Part shown: piece by piece, positions 1-9,726 of the stretch
How positions within the stretch are numbered: position 1 is the first letter of the stretch
Layout: each line of letters starts with the position of its first letter
From: a virus
IMG/VR virus record: IMGVR_UViG_3300046791_000298
Location: 1-64,000 of that record
Direction: 5' to 3' (one strand)
DNA length: 64,000 bases
Translations under genes and position numbers: made by a program
The notes under the pieces: model-generated
Databases searched by the model: none
The model's input: only the letters and a program-made list of their open reading frames with translations
What the model was told of the DNA's origin: nothing

Positions 1-430
1 TTTTGGCGCCATTGTGCATGCCAAGAAGATTCTCTTTGTCTGATATCTGGTAATCAAAATACACTTTATCTCCGACCTCAACTTTCATTTTGGCTCCAAG
101 GTCCGCCATAGTGATTATCTCAAAGTCATCGAAAGTGCTCGGCCAGTAAACAGGGAGTTTTGTATAACCCTGATTGACCATCGCCTGGATCAGTTCGCTC
201 GGGATGAACTTCCTCTGTTGTGGCATTCCGGTGTCCACAACGTCAAATGGCTTATCAGAAAATATTGCTGGTATTCCAATAACGGTACCCCATTGGCGCT
301 TAAACTTATACTTTGACTCCTGATCATCTTCGAAGTACGCGGCATTCAAGGAACTAAGCCCGCTCTTCAGTTTAATAACCTCAAATTCCTGGTCTACAGT
401 GACCATGTAATCATCGTGCAGGATTCTCAT
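1..430 (-). CDS. GroES/Cpn10-like protein with a long insertion; 3' end runs off the window
   Basis: Not in ORF track. Hand translation from ATG 430 (ATGA overlap with the 427..612 stop) is open to the edge: MRILHDDYMVTVD...KLKSGL...RQWGTVIGIP...KVEVGDKVYFDY, resembling Cpn10 motifs PLHDRV, GTVVAVG, VKVGDKV. Confidence 0.6.
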   Translation of the reverse strand, partial: MRILHDDYMVTVDQEFEVIKLKSGLSSLNAAYFEDDQESKYKFKRQWGTVIGIPAIFSDKPFDVVDTGMPQQRKFIPSELIQAMVNQGYTKLPVYWPSTFDDFEIITMADLGAKMKVEVGDKVYFDYQISDKENLLGMHNGAK

Positions 431-612
431 AAAAGTTTGAATAATTGGATTAATCCGATTCCAATAATAGAGCCGGTAATAAGACACCCAAAAAAAGCAA
501 TAGTAATAATGGCTAGTAGGTCAATCTCATGGCCAGGATAAATTTCATCGTTAAGAGGTTTTCTTATCCAGAATTCAGTGTCTTTCCATGGAGTGTGTCG
601 GGGCGTGTCCAT
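427..612 (-). CDS. Small membrane protein
   Basis: 61 aa with C-terminal hydrophobic helix; promoter-like TATATTTG 4 nt before ATG. Confidence 0.65.
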   Translation of the reverse strand: MDTPRHTPWKDTEFWIRKPLNDEIYPGHEIDLLAIITIAFFGCLITGSIIGIGLIQLFKLL

Positions 613-616
613 GGGA

Positions 617-624
617 CAAATATA
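617..624 (-). promoter_or_regulatory. Bacteroidota -7 element, probable leaderless transcript
   Basis: Minus strand TATATTTG-tccc-ATG matches TAnnTTTG. Confidence 0.55.
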
Positions 625-670
625 TAATAATTAGATTTTAATACTAATATAATTTATGGTATAATTGTGT

Positions 671-702
671 AAAAAAACAGCCACTCATTTAAAATGACTG
701 TT
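671..702 (-). terminator. Intrinsic terminator after 721..996
   Basis: Minus strand AACAGTCA...TGGCTGTT stem (one G-U) followed by a T run. Confidence 0.55.
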
Positions 703-720
703 CTACAAAGCCTTCTACGA

Positions 721-996
721 TTAAGATGCCGATACAGTACCGTTGCACTGAGCTACAAGTGCTGCAGCAAGTTCATTGGTATAGATCACTTTGCCGGTCG
801 GATCATTCCTGTACGTAATCTTAGAACGTACTCCATCGGAATATTTAGGGTCTTCAGAGTCCAATGCGAAAATTTGCGCATCTGGAGTTGGAAAACTCCT
901 AACAAGGGTTCCTTGAAGTGCTTCTGGGGCTGTCCCTGCTCCTGCACCACCGTAAACATATTCGGTGATAAGAACTTGTGCTACTGCTGCTGCCAT
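721..996 (-). CDS. Hypothetical protein, possibly virion-associated
   Basis: 91 aa Ala/Gly-rich ORF with its own promoter and terminator. Confidence 0.65.
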   Translation of the reverse strand: MAAAVAQVLITEYVYGGAGAGTAPEALQGTLVRSFPTPDAQIFALDSEDPKYSDGVRSKITYRNDPTGKVIYTNELAAALVAQCNGTVSAS

Positions 997-1020
997 GGTT
1001 AAAACGTTTTAAAGTTGAAT

Positions 1021-1052
1021 CAAATGTATATAGTCAAAATTAATTAAACAAA
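1021..1052 (-). promoter_or_regulatory. Bacteroidota primary-sigma promoter (-33/-7)
   Basis: Minus strand TTTG, 20-nt spacer, TACATTTG upstream of 996. Confidence 0.7.
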
Positions 1053-1058
1053 GTAGGT

Positions 1059-1688
1059 ATGGTAATGACATTAGATGACCTAGCTATCAAGCACGGAGCC
1101 GACAAAGCGAGCACCACTCACAACTATACGCCAGTATATGAGAGGTTCTTTAGCCCTCTCAGGGACAAGGAATTGACGCTATTTGAAATTGGGTTTGGTG
1201 GATACAACTTCCCAGACAGGGGAGGGGCCGGAGCAAAAATGTGGCATGATTACTTCCTTCGCGGTAAAATTATCACTCTCGATTTGCATGAAAAGAATCC
1301 ATTAAACTACGATCGGATCAAATTTTACAGAGGTAGCCAGGAAGATGCACCCTTTCTGCGTAGTGTTGTTGATATTGAGGGTGCGCCTGATATCATCGTG
1401 GATGACGCCTCACACATTAGTCCTCTCACAATTCGAACATTTGAAATTCTTTTCCCATTGTTGAAATCTGGAGGCTGGTATATTATCGAGGATCTCCACG
1501 CCAGTTATTGGGATGTTCCCGCTACCGATGGGACTGATTTCAAGGGCGGTATCAATAACCCCAAGGCAGTTCTGAATTTCCTTAAGTCATTGGTTGACTC
1601 ACTTAACCATGTCCACTGCCCTATACCTAGCCAGAAAATCCACGGCATCCATTTCTTCGAAAAAATAGTATTCATCCAAAAATCCTAA
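1059..1688 (+). CDS. SAM-dependent sugar O-methyltransferase, MycE/TylE-like
   Basis: HGADK..HNY, LFEIGFGGY, MWHDYF, DIIVDDASH, LKSGGWYIIEDL. Confidence 0.75.
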   Translation: MVMTLDDLAIKHGADKASTTHNYTPVYERFFSPLRDKELTLFEIGFGGYNFPDRGGAGAKMWHDYFLRGKIITLDLHEKNPLNYDRIKFYRGSQEDAPFLRSVVDIEGAPDIIVDDASHISPLTIRTFEILFPLLKSGGWYIIEDLHASYWDVPATDGTDFKGGINNPKAVLNFLKSLVDSLNHVHCPIPSQKIHGIHFFEKIVFIQKS

Positions 1689-1691
1689 CCT

Positions 1692-2399
1692 ATGCTTGTA
1701 CCATTAAAAAGACAATTACTGGACCTCGACAATGTTGAAGGTCCTGACATGCTCATGAGAAGAACTGAGGGACTTGATTGGCCCGCGAAGGCGGAGACAA
1801 TGATTGGGCTTAAGCGAATGGATAATATCATGTTCTGCTTGATGGAAATTATGGCTAAGGATATCCCTGGTGATGTTCTGGAGGCTGGCGTTTGGCGGGG
1901 GGGAGCCTGTATATTCATGAAGGCTATCCTAAACGAATACAGGAGTGACAAAAAAGTATTTGTTTGTGATTCTTTTGAAGGACTCCCGGCCCCAGAAGTT
2001 ATTCAGGACGCAGGTTCACAACTCCACACTTTCACAGCTTTGGCGGTCCCTCAAAGTGAGGTTGTAAAGAATTTCGAGAAGTATGGACTTCTTGATAACA
2101 ATGTAGTTTTCATTAAAGGGTGGTTTAAGGACACCTTGCCAAAATTAAAAGGGCACACATTTTCACTTATCCGCCTGGATGGAGATATGTACAAAAGCAC
2201 AATTGACCAACTTGAAAATCTGTACGATGGAGTATCAGTTGGTGGGTTCATTATTATCGATGATTGGGCAATCGCAGAAGTCAGGATGGCCTGCGAAGAG
2301 TTTCGCGCTAAACGTGAAATTACAGATGAGGTAATACCGATCGATCAGCTTGGTGTTTACTGGAGGAAGACATGGAGTTTAACCAAAATCGGAGAATGA
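1692..2399 (+). CDS. TylF/MycF/NovP-family O-methyltransferase
   Basis: ETMIG, IPGDVLEAGVWRGG, DSFEGLP, KGWFKDTLP, RLDGDMYKST, GGFIIIDD. Confidence 0.92.
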   Translation: MLVPLKRQLLDLDNVEGPDMLMRRTEGLDWPAKAETMIGLKRMDNIMFCLMEIMAKDIPGDVLEAGVWRGGACIFMKAILNEYRSDKKVFVCDSFEGLPAPEVIQDAGSQLHTFTALAVPQSEVVKNFEKYGLLDNNVVFIKGWFKDTLPKLKGHTFSLIRLDGDMYKSTIDQLENLYDGVSVGGFIIIDDWAIAEVRMACEEFRAKREITDEVIPIDQLGVYWRKTWSLTKIGE

Positions 2400-4639
2400 T
2401 CACATTTAAAAAATTAGGGACCCATGGGCGCCTGGGCAATCAATTGTGGCAGATCGCATTCATGATCGGTCTTGCTAAAAAGCATGATCTGGTAAAAGTT
2501 CTTCCTGCATGGAAATACTCTGAGTACTTTGAGAATCCGGTTACATCGGATATCCCAGCTGACCAATTGACGACTACACATAAACTCGAAGAGCAACACT
2601 TCCACTATACTCCTAAATTTTGGGATCAGTATGCTGATGAGTTTAGAAATAAAAAATACGACATTACCTGTTGGGGCCAGTCTGAAAAGTACTTTGAAGA
2701 TTATAAGGTATATGTTCATACAACCTTTCAATTCAAGGATAGCTTCAAAAAATCAGTCATTGAGAAAATGCCGTCTCTGATGGAAGAAGGTAAGAGCCAT
2801 ATCGCTATCTCTGTACGCCAGGGTGATTACGTTGGTAATCCGAATTACGAATTAATCCCTATCAAGTTTTATCTGATGGCGTTATTTGAATACTTCCCTG
2901 ATTTCAGAAAGGATGCAATACTCCATATTTTCTCTGATGATATTCAATATTGTAAACTCCATTTCGGATGTCTTGATAATGTTGTATACGCAGAAGGAAT
3001 GAGCGACATAGAACAACTTTGTGCTGGCTCAATGTGTGACCATGCTATCATCGCTAATTCAACTTTCTCCTGGTGGATGGCTTGGCTGATTGAATACGGT
3101 CTTGAGAGTATCACAAAAATCATTTGCCCTAATTTCCTATTCAAAGGAGCGATGGCAAAGACCAACGATTCATCAGACTTCTATCCGGAACGATGGATTA
3201 AGTTGGACCATAAAATTAAGCGCATTGATCTTAAGAATACAACCTTTACTATTCCTGTTTACATGGATAGCCGTGATCGTAAACAGAATGTCGATCTATC
3301 GATTAAGTATTTGCGCGAAAATTTTGATACGAATATTACTGTAGGAGAGCAGGGACACCAGGATTTTTCGTACCTGAAAGACATCGTTGACTACCGGTTC
3401 TTTGAGGGGATGGCTGATTTCCACCGGACGAAGATGCTAAACGATATGGCTGGCGATGCCAAGACCCCCGTTGTGGTCAATTGGGATGGCGATATTATAA
3501 TCTCCCCTCTCCAGATTGTAGAGGCTACGCGGGCAATTGTCGAAGATAAGCAAGAGATGGTCTATCCGTATGATGGACGCTTCGCCAGGGTGGCGCGCCA
3601 TACATTCTATCAAACACTTGAAGAAAGAATGGATGTTGGTTGTTTAAGCCGAATTATTTTTAATGGCATGCGATCAGAGGATCCACCATCTGTCGGTGGG
3701 GCTATCTTCTGGGATTCCATGGCTTTCCTCCGTTCAGGACTTGAGAATGAGAACATGGTCTCTTATGGACCCGAGGATGCAGAGCGTTACGATCGGGCTA
3801 CCATGCTTGGAGTAAAGATACATCGCATTCCAGGGGTGCTTTACCATATCGATCACATTCAATCGATTAATTCAAGTGTGAAGCATCCCAAGTATCCAGA
3901 TAATGTTACTGAACTTGAGAAGATCCGCTCACTGACTAAATTACAATTGGAAACATATATTGACACATGGTCGTGGGCCCGGAAATATACGCCATCGTAT
4001 TACGAGTCAATTTTTGAAGAGTCAGTGAAATCGAGGGATATTGTTTTTGGTCTGCTTCATGACCTTGGATATTTAGATGGAAGGACAATTATAGATGTTG
4101 GATGTGGATTAGGGCAGTGGGGATTTGATGTGAAAGAGAAATTCGGAGTGGCTTATAAAGGAATAGACTTTGGTGTGCCACAGCATAAGTTAAAAATTCC
4201 AAATGGCCTTTATATTGATCATGATTTGAGGGAGCCCATTGCCCCTGGTTGTACTCGTTTTGGATTAGCCATCTGTTTGGAAGTGGGGGAACATTTACCA
4301 AAGGAATCAGCAGACCAATTAATTGATACCTTAACTTTATTAAGCGATACTATTTTGTTCTCCGCAGCAATTCCAGCACAGGGCGGTCTTGATCATATCA
4401 ATGAACAGTGGCAAAGTTGGTGGGCTGAGAAATTCATAGAGCGCGGATATCGCCCCCATCATTGTGATATTAGAGATGAGATTTGGGGTATTGAAGATGT
4501 GGGGGTTTGGTACCGACAAAATATGATTCTGTATGAAAAAGATGAGTTAGCCCATATCAACAAAGCCCTGTATCCACTCGATCGAATTCACCCACAGATG
4601 TACATGAACCTGATGAAGCATTACAGAATTTTAAAATAA
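2372..4639 (+). CDS. Tri-domain fusion: GT11 alpha-1,2-fucosyltransferase-like + GT-A (GT2/GT7-like) + class I methyltransferase; start may be 2396
   Basis: GRLGNQLWQ, SVRQGDY, FSDD, IIANSTFSWW (GT11); WDGD, GGAIF, YGPEDAER, LYHIDH (GT7_C-like); DVGCGLG, CLEVGEHL, GGLDHINEQ (MTase). ATG 2396 overlaps the upstream stop. Confidence 0.85.
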   Translation: MEFNQNRRMITFKKLGTHGRLGNQLWQIAFMIGLAKKHDLVKVLPAWKYSEYFENPVTSDIPADQLTTTHKLEEQHFHYTPKFWDQYADEFRNKKYDITCWGQSEKYFEDYKVYVHTTFQFKDSFKKSVIEKMPSLMEEGKSHIAISVRQGDYVGNPNYELIPIKFYLMALFEYFPDFRKDAILHIFSDDIQYCKLHFGCLDNVVYAEGMSDIEQLCAGSMCDHAIIANSTFSWWMAWLIEYGLESITKIICPNFLFKGAMAKTNDSSDFYPERWIKLDHKIKRIDLKNTTFTIPVYMDSRDRKQNVDLSIKYLRENFDTNITVGEQGHQDFSYLKDIVDYRFFEGMADFHRTKMLNDMAGDAKTPVVVNWDGDIIISPLQIVEATRAIVEDKQEMVYPYDGRFARVARHTFYQTLEERMDVGCLSRIIFNGMRSEDPPSVGGAIFWDSMAFLRSGLENENMVSYGPEDAERYDRATMLGVKIHRIPGVLYHIDHIQSINSSVKHPKYPDNVTELEKIRSLTKLQLETYIDTWSWARKYTPSYYESIFEESVKSRDIVFGLLHDLGYLDGRTIIDVGCGLGQWGFDVKEKFGVAYKGIDFGVPQHKLKIPNGLYIDHDLREPIAPGCTRFGLAICLEVGEHLPKESADQLIDTLTLLSDTILFSAAIPAQGGLDHINEQWQSWWAEKFIERGYRPHHCDIRDEIWGIEDVGVWYRQNMILYEKDELAHINKALYPLDRIHPQMYMNLMKHYRILK

Positions 4640-4642
4640 CCT

Positions 4643-5359
4643 ATGGATAACCCCATTGATGTTGTAATCCCTTTGAATCACCGGTCTTTCTGGAACGATA
4701 ATGAATTGAAGTATGCACTTCGATCGGTCCAGAAGCATTTGAAGAATTACCGGGATATCTTCATCATTGGGAATAAACCCAGGGGAGGCATTTTCAATGT
4801 AGGTCACATTCCCTTTCCAGATCAATTCATTTACCCGGCCAGGAACATTTTTGCCAAGGTTATGAAGGCTTGTAAGGTTGAGGCTATCTCGGATAATTTC
4901 TTGTTCATGAATGATGATCACTTTCTACTTCACAATTTTGAGGCTGACAAATTCCCGTTCTTCTTTAAAGGATTTTTAAGAGAAGACTTGAATAACCAGA
5001 CAGATTATAAGCATACTATTGAGAACACAATCAACGTGCTTAATGGATCGCATCCACTCAAAAATTTCGATACGCATACTCCGATACTTTACAACAAGAA
5101 ACGGTTCGTTGAGACACTTGATCTTTACGATTGGGACATCCCACATGCGTATGCTATCAAAAGTTTATATTGCAACGTCCAGAATATCGTTGGCGTTTAC
5201 GAACCTGACGGTAAGATAAGACGGGCTAAGGAGACTACGATGCTAAGGAATTACCTGTCTAGTAAAAAGGTATTCAGTATCGATGACACGGCTATCAACT
5301 CTGACCTTGAGATTTATTTTAAACACTTATATCCAGACAAATCTAAATATGAACTATGA
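4643..5359 (+). CDS. Stealth-like hexose-1-phosphate transferase
   Basis: IDVVIP, NELKYALRSVQKH, FLFMNDDHF, THTP resemble Stealth conserved regions. Confidence 0.65.
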   Translation: MDNPIDVVIPLNHRSFWNDNELKYALRSVQKHLKNYRDIFIIGNKPRGGIFNVGHIPFPDQFIYPARNIFAKVMKACKVEAISDNFLFMNDDHFLLHNFEADKFPFFFKGFLREDLNNQTDYKHTIENTINVLNGSHPLKNFDTHTPILYNKKRFVETLDLYDWDIPHAYAIKSLYCNVQNIVGVYEPDGKIRRAKETTMLRNYLSSKKVFSIDDTAINSDLEIYFKHLYPDKSKYEL

Positions 5360-5739
5360 AAACAACAGTATTAATTCCAATTGAGGACAGAGTTCTCATC
5401 GATCCAGACCCAGCCCCCACAGAACTTGGCGGGCTTAAGATTGCCGACACACATAAGAAAGCACATCAACCACCGAAAGGCACAGTCATTGCTGTCGGTC
5501 CTGGGAAGGCTGATAAATTATTTTTGAAGCGTGTAGGTTCACAAGATTTAGATGGAGAATTAACTCCAGTTGTATCTGATGGAGGTGAACCTATTTATAC
5601 AACTACAACGATGCCGCTCAAGCCTGGCGATAGAGTAATGTACGGAGCTTACGCTAACATGGAAGTGGAGGATCCAAAATCAAAAGAAAAATTTCTGTGT
5701 CTGCGCTTAGCAGATTGCTTCATCTTACTGGATGAGTAG
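5356..5739 (+). CDS. groES: Co-chaperonin GroES with extended roof loop
   Basis: IPIEDRVLI, GGLKIAD, GTVIAVGPG, LKPGDRVMYG. Confidence 0.85.
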   Translation: MKTTVLIPIEDRVLIDPDPAPTELGGLKIADTHKKAHQPPKGTVIAVGPGKADKLFLKRVGSQDLDGELTPVVSDGGEPIYTTTTMPLKPGDRVMYGAYANMEVEDPKSKEKFLCLRLADCFILLDE

Positions 5740-5763
5740 ACGCAAAAAGAAAGCCTATAAATA

Positions 5764-5789
5764 AAAAAGCCACTCTCCAGTGGCTTTTT
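5764..5789. terminator. Bidirectional intrinsic terminator
   Basis: AAAAAGCCACT-ctcc-AGTGGCTTTTT perfect inverted repeat between convergent operons. Confidence 0.8.
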
Positions 5790-5877
5790 CTCCTTGATAA
5801 GTAAATATGAAAAAATCTAACTCCAATTCCCGGTCCGCCTGATCGGGGAAACTATGTTTTGCTGTTTTAAATGTAAA

Positions 5878-6150
5878 TTATTTTAGGTTAAGAGCCAAAT
5901 AGGCTTCCCACGAATCTACCATGTAAACCTCTCCACCTTTGGCTTTTATTTTAGCGTGGATGTATTTCTGGAGTGGGTCAAGTGTCTCTCCTGGAGCCTT
6001 CATCTCAATCCTCACAGTTTTTTTATCCTTAATTGCTTCTAAATCTGGCCAGCCGTTCTGACTGCAGAGTATAACTTTAATGACAAGCCATCCTTTGTTT
6101 TTCAGGTCGGCTCGAACTCTCTTTTGTAGTTTTGATTCTTTACCAGGCAT
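5878..6150 (-). CDS. VRR-NUC domain nuclease
   Basis: ESKLQ, NGWPDL, IEMKAPG, LQ..IH motif pattern. Confidence 0.85.
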   Translation of the reverse strand: MPGKESKLQKRVRADLKNKGWLVIKVILCSQNGWPDLEAIKDKKTVRIEMKAPGETLDPLQKYIHAKIKAKGGEVYMVDSWEAYLALNLK

Positions 6151-7369
6151 GCAGGTCCTTTTCGAAAAACTTCAATGTATAGTTTTTCTTGTTGCTGACA
6201 GCTTTGTAAATCTTATACTCAATACCGCGCTCGCTCATGAGCCAGTATATTTTACAGTCCTGTTCACGATTCTTATTCTGCATTCGCTCACGAACTTGGA
6301 AATAAGTAGTGGCTGAAAACCCGATATTGTACATAACGATACAATCTGCGGTCATTAGGTCTACTCCTTCCCGGCCAGATATCATCTGGCAAATAAAGGT
6401 AACATCGTCATTGTTCTTAAAGACTTCCGGATTGTCGGTATGGTTCGTAAAGATTCTACGTAGTAGTTCGCCCTCGGCAATGAAGTTGTAGTATATCGCT
6501 ATTTTCTTGCCGCTGAATTTATCTTTAATAAACCTAGCCTTTGACTCATCAACGACATGGGTTTGATTTTCTCCAATGATTGTGCCGCTACATAACTGAT
6601 GGAATACACTCTGCATTTTTACTGGAGTATCAGCGATGATATGATCCCCGTTCTTCATCTGGTAGATTTTGTTCTTCTTCAGATGAGCCATTAGTTGGTA
6701 AAGGCGTTCATCAATCTTCACAAATAAAAATTCCTCCAGAACATTTGAGGTGAACCCCGCTTCCTTTTGGCTGAGAGTTACCATGTAGTGTTTAGTAAAC
6801 TCGGTTATCAGATCAGCCTTTGCATTTGAGTAGTCGTTGATCGAGAATCCGCGGACCCATTTCTTTTTTATATTAACATAATCAGCGGCCCATTTGTAAA
6901 AGTTGGTGTAAACAAAAGGAGAGTAATCCGACATCCAAAATTGGTGGAATATTTGTGAGGGTGATTCTGGATGAGGCGTCCCTGACATTAAAACCATTGG
7001 CCTCATCCTGGCTAACTTCTTTATTACTTTAGTGCGGAGGGTTGGTTTTGCGAAAGCTCCACATGAATGCGCTTCGTCAACAATATAGATGTCATAGACT
7101 GGCACTTCTTTTTCCAGTTGCTCAAAGTTGATTACTTTAAACACATCGAACTTTAATCCAGAGTCGTGCAAATCACCAATGACACTATCGATCGCTTTTT
7201 TCTTTGTGATAAAAAGAACTCGCCTGTATCCGCACTCATGAACGAGATTCATACTCATGAGTGATTTGCCGGTCCTGGGCTGGGCAGCCAGATATACCAA
7301 TTTGTAACGCTGTAGGATTGCTTTCGATTTATCTACCGCTACACGCTGTTCCGGTCGGAGTGTTTTCAC
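6140..7369 (-). CDS. SF2 (SNF2-like) helicase
   Basis: LRPEQ, PRTGKS, VDEAH, MSGTP, GREGVDL, QVRER. Confidence 0.85.
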   Translation of the reverse strand: MKTLRPEQRVAVDKSKAILQRYKLVYLAAQPRTGKSLMSMNLVHECGYRRVLFITKKKAIDSVIGDLHDSGLKFDVFKVINFEQLEKEVPVYDIYIVDEAHSCGAFAKPTLRTKVIKKLARMRPMVLMSGTPHPESPSQIFHQFWMSDYSPFVYTNFYKWAADYVNIKKKWVRGFSINDYSNAKADLITEFTKHYMVTLSQKEAGFTSNVLEEFLFVKIDERLYQLMAHLKKNKIYQMKNGDHIIADTPVKMQSVFHQLCSGTIIGENQTHVVDESKARFIKDKFSGKKIAIYYNFIAEGELLRRIFTNHTDNPEVFKNNDDVTFICQMISGREGVDLMTADCIVMYNIGFSATTYFQVRERMQNKNREQDCKIYWLMSERGIEYKIYKAVSNKKNYTLKFFEKDLHAW

Positions 7370-7587
7370 GCTTTTTTAAATTTCAATTTGAATTCACTCA
7401 GCGGCATGCTGTGACGAATGTGCTTCTCCATGTTGACAAGTCCGGCCCTGAAAATCACATCCGGATCCTCCAGTTCTTTCTCAACACCATCGATCATTTT
7501 GTGCGTGACGATGTCAGATACAACGATCGTAATATCGTCAAACACGTAAACGCCAGGGTCTACGTGAAACTGATTATGATAAAGCAT
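7366..7587 (-). CDS. Hypothetical protein
   Basis: 73 aa, translationally coupled within the operon. Confidence 0.6.
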   Translation of the reverse strand: MLYHNQFHVDPGVYVFDDITIVVSDIVTHKMIDGVEKELEDPDVIFRAGLVNMEKHIRHSMPLSEFKLKFKKA

Positions 7588-7588
7588 T

Positions 7589-7837
7589 CTACTGCCCTTT
7601 CGGCTTGGCTTTTGAGACAGCTAAATCCCTGCCCATGAAATCAACACCATTCAACTTATCAATAGCGTGCTGAGCTTCCCCATCATCTGGCATTTCTACA
7701 AATCCATATCCTCTGGATTTGCCGTTGTCCCTGTCTTTGATAATCTTACAAGAATCCACTTTTCCATATTTTTCGAAAAGTTCCTGAAGTGTTTTTTCCT
7801 TACCTGCGTAAGAGATGTTTCTGACGAAAATATTCAT
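7589..7837 (-). CDS. RRM (RNP-1) RNA-binding protein
   Basis: RNP2 IFVRNI, RNP1 RGYGFVEM, AIDKLNG..GRDLAVSKA. Confidence 0.92.
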   Translation of the reverse strand: MNIFVRNISYAGKEKTLQELFEKYGKVDSCKIIKDRDNGKSRGYGFVEMPDDGEAQHAIDKLNGVDFMGRDLAVSKAKPKGQ

Positions 7838-8472
7838 AATTGTTCTGTTAAAAATGTTTCATCTGCATTAATGCCTCGAGCCTTATCTCCAAAAAAATCC
7901 TTCCATGCACTTGTCCATAACTGAGCTTTCAACTCTCCGCGCTTATAAATTATATGGTCACGATCAATTAGTCTCTTAAATACTTTGTCCGGTTGCTTCT
8001 TGCTTGCCGCCCCAATAATAATATATTTTTGCTTAGAAGTATCAAGGTACCACGCGGCACCCAGGTCATAGTCGAAGTTATAAATAGCTTCATCCAGTTG
8101 TTTATCGCGAGTAATACCAAGCCCCTTGTACTCAAAGATACTCGATAATACTCTGGACCATCCGTCTGTTTCACACCGCGCAGGAAGGCCATATAAATCA
8201 TGCTTGTAGAATTGCCATTTGCGTTTGAAGTCATACATCATGATTAAATTCCGAAGAAGGTTGTCCTTTAAGACTGTATTAGCCATCACCTTTGCTAATT
8301 CATAATCATCGGAACCAAGGTTGGATAGATGAGGCTCTAATAGCGTTGTGTCGATGAGAGTCCCTAATTCAAATATTTCCTCCAGGTTTTCCGGCTCAGA
8401 AGAGCCCTCCATCTGCTTTTTGAACTTGACCAGATTGCTCTTGCTAACGTAATGATGACTGAGATAACTCAC
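7834..8472 (-). CDS. PD-(D/E)XK exonuclease-like protein (RecE-type)
   Basis: VSKSNL, FELGTLID, RCETDG, FEYKG, YDLGAAWY; in the RecT operon. Confidence 0.6.
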   Translation of the reverse strand: MSYLSHHYVSKSNLVKFKKQMEGSSEPENLEEIFELGTLIDTTLLEPHLSNLGSDDYELAKVMANTVLKDNLLRNLIMMYDFKRKWQFYKHDLYGLPARCETDGWSRVLSSIFEYKGLGITRDKQLDEAIYNFDYDLGAAWYLDTSKQKYIIIGAASKKQPDKVFKRLIDRDHIIYKRGELKAQLWTSAWKDFFGDKARGINADETFLTEQL

Positions 8473-9722
8473 TTTCTAACGATTACTTTAGCCTGATCTG
8501 TCCAGGTGGCCCCCTCAACTGTTCGGTCTTTGCAATGAGTCTCAAAGAACCGAACAAACCACCCGACAGCATCAGTATACTCCTCTTTGTCTTTTTTGTA
8601 AAATAAAAATTTCTCGTTCAGCATCACGTGATAAACGATGCTCATGAACGCCTGGCCTTGTTCCTCCTTCTTCTCGCTGAACTTCAGAACCTTCTTTGAT
8701 GGTCCCGCATCTTCGAGTAGCTGGTTGGATGCCTGCTCCACGAAGTTATTTTTCATCCGATCTACCTCTGCTTGGCGATCAATCTCAGCCTGCTCCGCCT
8801 TCTGGAGTCTATCGGCTTCGGTCTTCCTTCTTTCATCTTCGGCTTTAGCCTGGGCAGCGTTCTTTGTCTCCAGTACTCTCTTCTCATCTTCGTTGGCTCT
8901 TGATAGTTCGATTTTTTGGCGCTTGATGTCTGGGATTTTTGCTCTCCATTCATTCAAAATTGGAGTAACAGCAAGTTCAATCTTCTCTACCCATTTATCG
9001 TATGGTTCGTCCAGCCTTGCTTGATTAATCAATTTAGCAAACGCATCCGCAGCAACTTTAGTGTTGTCATAAAACACATCAAAGCATTTCTCGTAATCCT
9101 CTTGTTTGAGTTTTGGCCGAGCGCTGGTGAAAACAGTTACGGCATTGTCCCATTCCTCCAAAGTAGTTTTATCAAAGAATGCCCTGCTGTTGAGATTCAC
9201 TTTGTCAATTTTTGCAGAGATCAAATCCAGAAGATTCTTCTTCATGGCTGTAACAAGATCAACTTTGTAATTCTCGATCTCCCTCTTCCTAGCGGCCGCT
9301 TCTTCTGCTTTTTTCTTATTGTCCAGTTCCGCCTGTTTGAATTGCTGGATAATATTACGGATATGGTTATAACCAGTGTTTGCTTTGGCATCATACGATA
9401 GGTCCTTCTCGAACTGCATCAAATATTCTTTGATCTGATCAGTCGTATCAGTAATGCCTTTACGCATTGCATAAATTCCATCGTAAGTTGTTTTAACTTT
9501 TACGAGTAAATCATTTGCCTCCTGGACCATGCCGTCCATTGTATCTTTCAAACCTGGGTCCTGCTGGTACTTCTTGAATAGTTCATTGAACTTTACATAA
9601 AATTCTCTCATGGCCACAACGGCTCCGTCCCGTGCCTTCTGCATCTTGGGGACCTTCTCCTGCACAAGAGCAACGATTGGCTCAATCGCTACAGGAAGTA
9701 GTGGTTGCTGGTGGGTTTCCAT
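8469..9722 (-). CDS. Coiled-coil hypothetical protein
   Basis: 417 aa, K/E/A/Q-rich helical composition, between RecT and exonuclease. Confidence 0.7.
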   Translation of the reverse strand: METHQQPLLPVAIEPIVALVQEKVPKMQKARDGAVVAMREFYVKFNELFKKYQQDPGLKDTMDGMVQEANDLLVKVKTTYDGIYAMRKGITDTTDQIKEYLMQFEKDLSYDAKANTGYNHIRNIIQQFKQAELDNKKKAEEAAARKREIENYKVDLVTAMKKNLLDLISAKIDKVNLNSRAFFDKTTLEEWDNAVTVFTSARPKLKQEDYEKCFDVFYDNTKVAADAFAKLINQARLDEPYDKWVEKIELAVTPILNEWRAKIPDIKRQKIELSRANEDEKRVLETKNAAQAKAEDERRKTEADRLQKAEQAEIDRQAEVDRMKNNFVEQASNQLLEDAGPSKKVLKFSEKKEEQGQAFMSIVYHVMLNEKFLFYKKDKEEYTDAVGWFVRFFETHCKDRTVEGATWTDQAKVIVRK

Positions 9723-9726
9723 TTCT

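Noticed and set aside
694-1002. Plus-strand 102-aa Cys-rich ORF
   Set aside because: Antisense to 721..996, which has its own promoter and terminator.
1059-5739. Bacterial chromosomal polysaccharide locus or host contamination
   Set aside because: No wzx/wzy/ABC export genes; embedded among phage genes with similar gene packing.
7557-7572. Second parS-like half site (ACGTGAAAC)
   Set aside because: Inside a CDS and the left half does not match.
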